This document shows positions 42,882-50,105 of a stretch of 64,000 nt of DNA, in pieces. Source of the DNA: Deltaproteobacteria bacterium (lineage in GTDB: Bacteria > Myxococcota_A > Polyangia > Polyangiales > Polyangiaceae); NCBI GenBank assembly GCA_016218915.1, contig JACRCQ010000006.1, positions 114,964 through 178,963 of the forward strand, written 5' to 3'. Position numbers and translations under genes: made by a program. Under the pieces are notes generated by a model, which saw only the letters and a list, made by a program, of their open reading frames with translations, was not told the origin of the DNA and ran no database searches. How positions within the stretch are numbered: position 1 is the first letter of the stretch; each line of letters begins with the position of its first letter.

Positions 42882-43118
42882 ACTGGCTGCATCGCGAGGG
42901 TCGGGCCGCATAGCGACTCCGAAGGGCCCGATGCAAGACGTGACGCCGCAGCCCGGGGCGGCGGCGCGGCTTGCGGGCCCGAGGAAAGCCCGCCACAAGT
43001 TGCGATCGGTGAGATGGTGGGCTGGCCTGGGTTCGCGCCGGGTGCAGTTGACCCTCCGAGCCCTGACCCCTATGCTCGGCCGGGACATCGGGTCCAACCG
43101 GCCACCAGGAGATCCCCC

Positions 43119-43340
43119 ATGAAGATCAGCGCGCGCAACGTGCTCAAGGGCAAGGTCAAAGCGATCGCAAAGGGCACGGTCAATGCCGAGGTGACGATCG
43201 AAATCGCTCCTGGCATCGACATCGTATCCATCATCACCCTACCATCGGTTCGATCGCTCGGCCTGAAGAAGGGGGCCGAGGCCTATGCCATCGTCAAGGC
43301 ATCGAACGTCATGGTTGGTGTCCCGCACTCCCCGCGGTAG
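43119..43340 (+). CDS. mop: molybdenum-pterin-binding (Mop / TOBE single-domain molbindin) protein
   Basis: 73 aa after an AGGAGA Shine-Dalgarno. MKISARNVLKGKVKAIAKGTVNAEVTIEIAPGIDIVSIITLPSVRSLGLKKGAEAYAIVKASNVMV is the canonical Mop/TOBE sequence pattern. Confidence 0.88.
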   Translation: MKISARNVLKGKVKAIAKGTVNAEVTIEIAPGIDIVSIITLPSVRSLGLKKGAEAYAIVKASNVMVGVPHSPR

Positions 43341-43352
43341 GGACAGCTTCCG

Positions 43353-43757
43353 TTGAGCGCAGCCGTGAAATCGCTTCGATGGCTCTTCACGGGACTGGCC
43401 GTGCTTGCGGTCGCCTGTGCCCCGGTCCGCAGCGAGCCCGAGCAGACCGTGGTGGTCGCCCCCACACCGATTTCCCCGTCTCCGGCAACTGTCGTTTCGG
43501 TCCCGGGAGCTGCAGAACCCGCGCCTTCCCCCGCAGCCGTGCCCTTGGTGGACAAGCGTCAAGTCGATGTGAACGGCGACGGAAAACCCGATATCGTGCG
43601 CTACTATGAGGCTGGTCAGCTGGTGCGCGAAGAGATGGATCTGGACTTTGACGGCAGACCGGACGTGCGCAGCTTCTACGAGGGGGGCAGGCTGGTTCGC
43701 AAGGAATATGACCTGGATGGCGACGGCAAGGCGGACAGGGTGGAGAGATTTCCGTAA
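43353..43757 (+). CDS. lipoprotein with DxNGDGKxD calcium-binding-like repeats
   Basis: LRWLFTGLAVLAVACAP lipobox (the start may be the TTG at 43353 or the GTG at 43365). Three repeats: VDVNGDGKPDIVRYYE, LDFDGRPDVRSFYE and YDLDGDGKADRVERF. Confidence 0.65.
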   Translation: MSAAVKSLRWLFTGLAVLAVACAPVRSEPEQTVVVAPTPISPSPATVVSVPGAAEPAPSPAAVPLVDKRQVDVNGDGKPDIVRYYEAGQLVREEMDLDFDGRPDVRSFYEGGRLVRKEYDLDGDGKADRVERFP

Positions 43758-43920
43758 CAGCAAGTCGAACGCCGAGCGAGCACGCTGAGCTTTTCGCTTG
43801 CGCGCCCTTCGACGGGGACCGAGAATACCTGAGGTCTCTGTCGCTGGCAGCGACCGCGACGTCGGGGAACCAGCGTAAAACCTGCATTGCGCCCTTATTC
43901 TGCTGCCGGATGGAAGCCCC

Positions 43921-46524
43921 ATGACACAGCCTCATAGAACTCGCGCGGAGGTCAATGCGGAAGTGCGACACTCCATCGTTCACACGTCCACCGGGCGTGG
44001 AGCGCTGGCAGCGCTTGTGTTGCTGATTCTCCTATGGGGGGTCGGAGCTCAGGCGGCGGGTGTGTCCACCTGCGAGGCAGCGAACCATGTTCAGGAAACG
44101 CGGAAGCCTGGCACGCCGTTGCCTGCGGCGCTTCGGATGGCAGCGATTCGCTCGATGCAGAGGGCCCCAGGCTACGACTTCAGTCTTCAGGACGGGGCGC
44201 TCGCAACACGCATCGGCGACTTCGGCGCTGAAGCGCGCGTGTCCCTTGCAGGCGGCCAGGTCTCAATAGCTGCACATGATTCCTTCGTCCTCACCGTTCG
44301 AACCACGAGCGTCGGACGTCGCAGCGCGCAGCATGAGGCGCCTCACCTGGAGGCGTCGCGCGCCGAAGGGCAGGAAGTCGTGCTCCAACGAGCGGGTATG
44401 GAGGAGCGATATCTCGCAGGTCCGCTCGGGCTCGAGCAAAGCTATCGAATCGATGCGCGGCCAGTTGGGACCGGCGAGCTGACGATCGAGACACGCTTCG
44501 AAGGGCTCGAGCCGGAGCTTGCAGGGGACGCCAGCGACGTCGTGCGACTACGCGACCGCGCGGGCAGAGCCCGAGCGTTCTATCGGGGTCTCGCTGCCAT
44601 AGACTCGCGTGGGAGCGAACTCGCCGCGCGAATGCAGGTCGCGGGGAATGCAGTTCAGCTGGTGATCGACGATTCCGAGGCTGCCTACCCGATCTCGGTG
44701 GATCCACTCGTCGTGGTTCAGCAAGCGAAACTGACAGCAAGCGACGGCGTGGCTGACGACAGCCTGGGTGGGTCGGTTAGCATCTCGGGCAAGACCGCCA
44801 TCGTCGGCAAGTCCGACGTGAGTATGCATACGGGCGCAGCCTATGTCTTTGTTCGCAGCGGCAACACGTGGACCGAGCAGGCCAAGCTCACGCCTTCAGG
44901 CGCGATCGACGGATCCTTCGGCGACACGGTTAGCATCTCGGGTGAAACGGCCATCGTGGGCGCGTACTTGCAGGGCGTCATCGGCGCTGCCTATGTCTTC
45001 GTTCGCAACGGCAACACCTGGTCGCAGCAGGCCAAGCTGAGTCCGCCAGACGCCGGGATGTTCGGCAGCGCAGTGAGCATCGAGGGAGACACCGCCCTGA
45101 TAGGGGCATATAGCACGGATAACGCCGCCGGCGCCGCATACGTGTTCGTGCGAAACGGCACCAACTGGTCCCAGCAGGCCAAGCTGACCGCCAGTGACGG
45201 AGTGGCCAACCAGAAGTTCGGCACCGCAGCGGGACTCTCTGGCGACACGGCGGTCGTCAGCGTGGCCTTCAAGGGGGCATACGTGTTCGTGCGAAACGGC
45301 ACCAACTGGTACCAGCAAGCCAAGCTCACGCCCAATGACCCCTTGGCCGAGTACTTCGCCTATTCTGTGGCAGTCTCGGGCGACAGGACCATCGTCGGCG
45401 CGCCCTGGACCGATGGCGACTCCGGCGCGGCCTATGTGTTCGAGCGGGTTGGAACGACCTGGACGCAGCACGCCAAGCTCACCGCAGCGGATGGCGATGA
45501 CAGCGACCGCTTCGGTCATGCCGTGGCGATCTCCGGCGACACGGCCGTTGTCGGCGCCCGCACAAAGGGCGCGGGCGCGGCGTATGTGTTCAAGCGCGAC
45601 GCGACCAACTGGACGGAGCAGGCGAAACTCACGGCCAGCGATGGCATGGATGGCGATCAATTCGGATACGCCGTGTGCCTGTCCAGCAACACGGTCGTGG
45701 TCGGTGCCATTGGAGCGGACAGCACTGTCGGCGCGGCATACGTGTTCTTGTTGGGCCAGGGTCAACAGGGAGACCCCTGCAACGTCGGAGCGGACTGCAA
45801 CAGCACCTACTGCGTCGACGGTGTTTGCTGTGCCGACGGGTGCGGCGGAGGTAACCCGCTCGACTGCCTTGCGTGCAGCCAGTCAGCTGGCGCTGCAGCG
45901 GACGGCATCTGCGGGCCCGTGACGTGCACGGCTTCAGACGCGTGCCACGAGGCGGGAACATGCGACCCGACATCGGGGTGCCCGAATCTCGTGAAGGCCG
46001 ATGGGACCGGATGCAACGACGGCTCTGCTTGCACGCAGCTGGACACCTGCCAAGCCGGAGTCTGCACGGGCTCAACCCCGGTGACCTGTACTGCTCTCGA
46101 CGCTTGTCACGATGTTGGCTCTTGTGCCCCCTCCACCGGGCAATGCTCGAATCCAGCGAAACCCGACGGGGCTCCATGTCCCGGCGGCATGTGCCAGTCG
46201 GGCGTCTGCACATCACAGGACGCGGGTGCAGGCGGTGCGGGTGTGGGCGGCGCGGGTGCAGGCGGAGCGAGCACAGGCGGCACGGCGGGCAGTGGTGCGA
46301 GCGCTGGTGTTGGCGGTTCCAGTGGCAAGGCCGGTGCCGCCGGGACCGCTGGCCCGCAGACTGGCGGCTCGGCGGGTGCTGCCGGCGCTGCGGCTGAGCC
46401 GGGCAGCGACACCAGCGGGTGCGGATGCCGTACCCCGGATCGCTCGAACGGATCGAACGGGGCTATGGTTGTGGCCGCGATTGCGATCAGCGTGATACGA
46501 CGAAGGCGGGCAGCACGTCAGTAG
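43921..46524 (+). CDS. FG-GAP-repeat beta-propeller protein with Cys-rich stalk and MYXO-CTERM sorting tail
   Basis: Seven repeats of ..AKLTASDG....FG.SV.ISGDTA.VGA......GAAYVF.R.G..W.. . Cys-rich segment (CNVGADCNSTYCVDGVCC..). Gly/Ala tether. C-terminus GCGCRTPDRSNGSNGAMVVAAIAISVIRRRRAARQ has the Cys motif, TM segment and Arg cluster. Confidence 0.88.
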   Translation: MTQPHRTRAEVNAEVRHSIVHTSTGRGALAALVLLILLWGVGAQAAGVSTCEAANHVQETRKPGTPLPAALRMAAIRSMQRAPGYDFSLQDGALATRIGDFGAEARVSLAGGQVSIAAHDSFVLTVRTTSVGRRSAQHEAPHLEASRAEGQEVVLQRAGMEERYLAGPLGLEQSYRIDARPVGTGELTIETRFEGLEPELAGDASDVVRLRDRAGRARAFYRGLAAIDSRGSELAARMQVAGNAVQLVIDDSEAAYPISVDPLVVVQQAKLTASDGVADDSLGGSVSISGKTAIVGKSDVSMHTGAAYVFVRSGNTWTEQAKLTPSGAIDGSFGDTVSISGETAIVGAYLQGVIGAAYVFVRNGNTWSQQAKLSPPDAGMFGSAVSIEGDTALIGAYSTDNAAGAAYVFVRNGTNWSQQAKLTASDGVANQKFGTAAGLSGDTAVVSVAFKGAYVFVRNGTNWYQQAKLTPNDPLAEYFAYSVAVSGDRTIVGAPWTDGDSGAAYVFERVGTTWTQHAKLTAADGDDSDRFGHAVAISGDTAVVGARTKGAGAAYVFKRDATNWTEQAKLTASDGMDGDQFGYAVCLSSNTVVVGAIGADSTVGAAYVFLLGQGQQGDPCNVGADCNSTYCVDGVCCADGCGGGNPLDCLACSQSAGAAADGICGPVTCTASDACHEAGTCDPTSGCPNLVKADGTGCNDGSACTQLDTCQAGVCTGSTPVTCTALDACHDVGSCAPSTGQCSNPAKPDGAPCPGGMCQSGVCTSQDAGAGGAGVGGAGAGGASTGGTAGSGASAGVGGSSGKAGAAGTAGPQTGGSAGAAGAAAEPGSDTSGCGCRTPDRSNGSNGAMVVAAIAISVIRRRRAARQ
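44700..45760 (+). repeat. about seven ~145-150-nt divergent tandem coding repeats (FG-GAP blades)
   Basis: Recurrent gcctatgtcttcgttcgcaacggcaacacctgg..cagcaggccaagctsacc blocks near 44840, 44990, 45135, 45275, 45430 and 45575. Confidence 0.8.
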
Positions 46525-47288
46525 GGCCCCGCCGGAAGAGTGACTTCGACCTCCACCGGCTCGCTCACAAGCCAGTATCCTGGCATCTGACAAAGCCCCT
46601 GGACATCGGATTGCCTGTCGGCAAACGCGCCCGGCTCCGCGCCGGACTGCTCTCCAGACACGGTGGGCTTGCAGTCTCCGTGATACCGATACGTGGCATA
46701 CAGCCATTGCCGGCCCGCCTGCTTTCGGCTGGGCACGTATCTGCCGCCGAACATCGGGCCCAGCTCCAGGACCGCTCCAGGCGCGAGGTCGACGATGTCC
46801 GCGCGGGCAGGGACGTCGTAGGCGTTGCCACACCACGCATACCCGGGCTCGTGCACCATGCTGCAGCGCATGCCTTGGCCGTTGTCCCACTCCTCCATCA
46901 TCACGATCTGCGGATCTCGCCCTGGCAGGGCAAAATCGCCGTCCAGCGGCTTGAGCACCCAGTAGTGACGGTCCTTCGATCGATTGCGCAGGAACGCATC
47001 GATGTGGATGGTCTCTCCAGGCTTGAGAGCACGCGGCGATCGGAGAGCGATGCCAAGCTCCAGCTCCGGTTTCAGAGCCGGCTTCTGGCGTGTGCCGAGC
47101 ACGGAGACCACTTCCTTGACGCTCATGCAGCGTTCAGTCGGAGCGCCGCCCGGTGGGTCCGGGTGCCGGGCTGCTGCGCAGCCAGCCACACAGGCTGCAG
47201 CCAGAACCGCGCAAGAAAGCCGAACCGGAGGAAGCTCCGACAGCTGGCGCACCGGCTTGCTTCCCTCTGGAAGGATGATCGTGTCCAT
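46518..47288 (-). CDS. hypothetical lipoprotein
   Basis: ORF 46518..47360 trimmed to M25 (MDTIILPEGSKPVRQLSELPPVRLSCAVLAAACVAGCAA). Good GC3. No recognised family. Confidence 0.62.
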   Translation of the reverse strand: MDTIILPEGSKPVRQLSELPPVRLSCAVLAAACVAGCAAARHPDPPGGAPTERCMSVKEVVSVLGTRQKPALKPELELGIALRSPRALKPGETIHIDAFLRNRSKDRHYWVLKPLDGDFALPGRDPQIVMMEEWDNGQGMRCSMVHEPGYAWCGNAYDVPARADIVDLAPGAVLELGPMFGGRYVPSRKQAGRQWLYATYRYHGDCKPTVSGEQSGAEPGAFADRQSDVQGLCQMPGYWLVSEPVEVEVTLPAGPY

Positions 47289-47466
47289 GGCTCCGGATCG
47301 CACTATGCACCCCGCATCGAATTCTACCCCGTACCGAGGGCAGCAGCGCGCATCCAGCACCGAGCACGGCAGGTTCCCCGAGACACCTGAAGTGCCTCAC
47401 GTGGGGAGCCTGCCTGCTCGCGGTCTCAGCCCCGGACTTCCGAGGAGCCTCGGGCTGGGAGGCCCC

Positions 47467-47877
47467 TTACTTGCTGTTGCAGGCCCAGACGACGATGTTG
47501 CAGGTGCCACCGCCCTTGGAAAGGCACTCGGCCTTGGCAGCGCCTTCCGCAGCCAGGCGAGTGGTTCCGGTCGCCGCCGTCATGACGTCCTTCTTGGCGG
47601 CCGACTGCGCCAACGCGCCGCACCCCTGATTCCAGGAAAGGCGCACCGTGCACGTGGGGCACTTGGCTGTCGCAGCCTGCTTGGCAAGATCCTCGGTGAG
47701 CTGATCGTAGCTGTAGCCCCAGCCGCCCGTCTTCTCATCAAAGGCAATCGCGGCGTGTTTCTGGGACTTCAGGAACAGCCTGACGAGCGAGCAGTCCGAT
47801 ACGCTGATGCCGAGGGTGATCATGGCCATCGAGAGGCCTGCGACCTTCATTGCGCTTCTGATCTTGGAGAGCTCCAC
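47467..47877 (-). CDS. DUF4189-like secreted Cys-containing protein
   Basis: GTG start with a strong GGAGGA Shine-Dalgarno about 8 nt upstream. Signal/anchor MKVAGLSMAMITLGISV. Two half-repeats, AIAFDEKTGGWGYSY..AKQAATAKCPTCTV...GCGALA and AATGTTRLAAEGAAKAECLSKGGGTCNIVVWAC, as in DUF4189. Confidence 0.72.
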   Translation of the reverse strand: MELSKIRSAMKVAGLSMAMITLGISVSDCSLVRLFLKSQKHAAIAFDEKTGGWGYSYDQLTEDLAKQAATAKCPTCTVRLSWNQGCGALAQSAAKKDVMTAATGTTRLAAEGAAKAECLSKGGGTCNIVVWACNSK

Positions 47878-48039
47878 CCTATTTCCTCCTCTGTTTTGGC
47901 CTACCTCGGAAGCACAAGGCTTCCTTCAGCGCCCGACAGATTTACCTGTCGGTAGCGGGACGTCCAGAAAAAAAGTCCCTGACGTGGTGCGTCGTCCCAG
48001 CTCATCGACCGCACCGGGCGTGGCTCCCTACTTCAGGGG

Positions 48040-49206
48040 ATGTTCTCGGCTTCCGAGGGGTATCATTGGGCAGTGATCGTCAACCTGCACGTCACGGGCG
48101 ACTGCAACCTTCGGTGCGACTACTGCTACGCTTCGCCCAAGACCCGTGCGCGTATGGATCGGGCGACCGCTCGCCAGGCAGTGTCGCTTGCAGCAAGCCA
48201 GGCAACCGACGTGCACGTCATGTTCTTCGGCGGCGAGCCGCTGCTCGAGCGGAGCCTGATCGAGCAGGTGGTCCAGGACTGCGAACTGGGGCTGTGTGGA
48301 CAAGCACGCTTCTACTTCCAGGTGGTCACCAACGGCACGCTCGTCGACGACGACGTGGTTGCGTGGGCAGCACAGCACCAGGTGTCGATCAGCGTGAGCC
48401 TGGATGGATGCCGCGAAGCGCACGATCGGCACCGCACGCTGTCCGGCGGCGAAGGCAGCTTTGCCCAGACCGTCCGGAGCATTCCGCTGCTGCTGGCCAA
48501 CAATCCTTACCTGCACGTGCAGATGGTGATCTCGCCAGATACCGCGAGCCTGCTCCCGCAGTCCCTGGAGTTCGTCTTCGGCCTCGGCGTCCGCCACGTC
48601 TCGACGTCGATCAACTACCAGGGGCCCTGGGATCGCAGCTCTCTCGAGCGGCTCGGCCATGCCTACGAGAAGGCAGCCAGGCTCTACGAGAAGAAGACGC
48701 TTCGGGGAGATCGCTTCTTTCTGAGCTGCTTTGACGCCCGGATTCGAACGCGGGTGCGTGGCCCCTGCACCGAAGAGGAGCGGTGCACTGCTGGGATGCA
48801 CCAGTTCTCGGTCAGCCCCTCGGGACGTATCTACCCATGCGTGCAGTTCGTGGGCGATGACCAGGGAGGGGGGCACGTGCTGGGGCATGTGTCCACCGGG
48901 TTCGAGCCTCTGGCGCGCGAGCGCTTTCACGAGGCCAGCGAGGCGGCCAAGCCCCAGTGCCAGGGTTGTGCGTTGCTGGGGCGCTGCTCGTGCTGGTGCG
49001 CATGTGTGAACTGGGCGACCACCGGGAACCTCGCGCAGGTGTCGCCTGTCCTATGCGAGCACGAAAGAATGCTCATGCCGATGGCCGATGTCCTGGCGAG
49101 CAGGCTGTTCTCCCGGCGAAACACGATGTTCATCCACAAGCACTACAACGCAGCCTTTCCGATCCTGTCCGTAGCCGAGGACATCCTCGAAGCAGCTGAG
49201 AGGTAA
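48040..49206 (+). CDS. radical SAM / SPASM-domain enzyme (anSME-like peptide or protein maturase)
   Basis: GDCNLRCDYCY (CxxxCxxC), FFGGEPLL, VTNGTL and SLDGCREAHDRHR motifs. SPASM-type Cys set: CTAGMHQFSVSPSGRIYPC and CQGCALLGRCSCWCACVNW. Confidence 0.88.
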   Translation: MFSASEGYHWAVIVNLHVTGDCNLRCDYCYASPKTRARMDRATARQAVSLAASQATDVHVMFFGGEPLLERSLIEQVVQDCELGLCGQARFYFQVVTNGTLVDDDVVAWAAQHQVSISVSLDGCREAHDRHRTLSGGEGSFAQTVRSIPLLLANNPYLHVQMVISPDTASLLPQSLEFVFGLGVRHVSTSINYQGPWDRSSLERLGHAYEKAARLYEKKTLRGDRFFLSCFDARIRTRVRGPCTEEERCTAGMHQFSVSPSGRIYPCVQFVGDDQGGGHVLGHVSTGFEPLARERFHEASEAAKPQCQGCALLGRCSCWCACVNWATTGNLAQVSPVLCEHERMLMPMADVLASRLFSRRNTMFIHKHYNAAFPILSVAEDILEAAER

Positions 49207-49210
49207 GCTC

Positions 49211-50089
49211 ATGGCATTCCGACGCCCGCTCGAAGTCCGCCCGCTGCGCCACTACGCGCCCCCCAGCTACCCAGCGGCCGACGATCTGCAAGCTGCGCTT
49301 CGCGAGCGCCCTCTGGGGCCTTGGCCGTTTCTCGCACCCTCTTCCCTCGTGTCCGCGCTCGTGGCTGCCACCGCAGCGAGCGCGTGCGCAGGCGCCTCGC
49401 CGCCACCGGTGGTCACCACAGAGCCTGCCCCCCCTCCCCCTCCTCCGCCTCCGGCGCCGGTCTCCACCATGGCCGTCGAGGCCGACGCAGCTCTTCCCGT
49501 ACTGCCGGAGCCCACAGCCGTGGCACCGCCGCCTGAGCCGCCACAGCCAGCGCCGTTGCCAGCGATCGGATTGCAGCTTCCTCACGCGTTCAGCTGGGAA
49601 GCGTCGCACCTTCCCATCCATTGGACGCCCTACGGCACCGGGGCTCCAGCACGCCTGAGCGAGCAGCAGGTGCGTCCAGTCGTGGAGCGCGTGCTCATGT
49701 CAGCCGGCATCCGCGCCAACAGCAAGGTCCAGTTCAGCCGTCCAGGGATCGAGGTGGAGCTCGACGGCTACGATGCCGTGAAGAAGGTGGGATGGATCTT
49801 CGTGGAATGGCAGAAGCTCGAGGATCCAGCTGGATTCCGCGGCAACATGGGCAAGGTGAACGGCAAGGATGGCAACGACTTCAGCAAGATGATCTCGCAC
49901 GCCGAGATGCGCGCGCTGATGGAGCTCGAGAAGCAGAAGAAGGAGCACATCATCGTCATCAGCTACCAGGACGGACGCTTCGCCACATCCTACGACAGCA
50001 AGCAGCCGCACCCGGCTACCCCGCTCGCCAAGCTGGAGAACAACCTGCGAGCGTACATCGGATGGTTGAAGTCGCAGGGGGCACTCTAG
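49211..50089 (+). CDS. hypothetical protein with hydrophobic anchor, poly-Pro linker and unknown C-terminal domain
   Basis: Starts 4 nt after the radical SAM stop. LVSALVAATAASACAG hydrophobic or lipobox-like segment after a ~45-aa N-tail. EPAPPPPPPPPAP. The C-terminal ~170 aa have no motif I recognise. Confidence 0.7.
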   Translation: MAFRRPLEVRPLRHYAPPSYPAADDLQAALRERPLGPWPFLAPSSLVSALVAATAASACAGASPPPVVTTEPAPPPPPPPPAPVSTMAVEADAALPVLPEPTAVAPPPEPPQPAPLPAIGLQLPHAFSWEASHLPIHWTPYGTGAPARLSEQQVRPVVERVLMSAGIRANSKVQFSRPGIEVELDGYDAVKKVGWIFVEWQKLEDPAGFRGNMGKVNGKDGNDFSKMISHAEMRALMELEKQKKEHIIVISYQDGRFATSYDSKQPHPATPLAKLENNLRAYIGWLKSQGAL

Positions 50090-50105
50090 GTACGCGTGCC
50101 CGACG

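Noticed and set aside
40464-42892. 547-aa and 382-aa minus-strand ORFs (40464..42107 and 41744..42892) spanning the C39-like gene, the small lipoprotein gene and the four-helix-bundle gene
   Set aside because: They have Arg/Pro/Gly-rich composition and cross several better-supported genes and a terminator hairpin.
42490-43118. Diversity-generating retroelement, suggested by the Avd-like four-helix-bundle gene
   Set aside because: There is no reverse transcriptase gene and no template/variable repeat pair within the window. The family also occurs as stand-alone genes.
48040-49206. Calling the radical SAM/SPASM enzyme an anaerobic sulfatase-maturating enzyme
   Set aside because: There is no sulfatase gene with a C/S-x-P-x-R motif nearby, and the terminal Cys cluster (CSCWCAC) is atypical. 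It is kept as a generic SPASM maturase.
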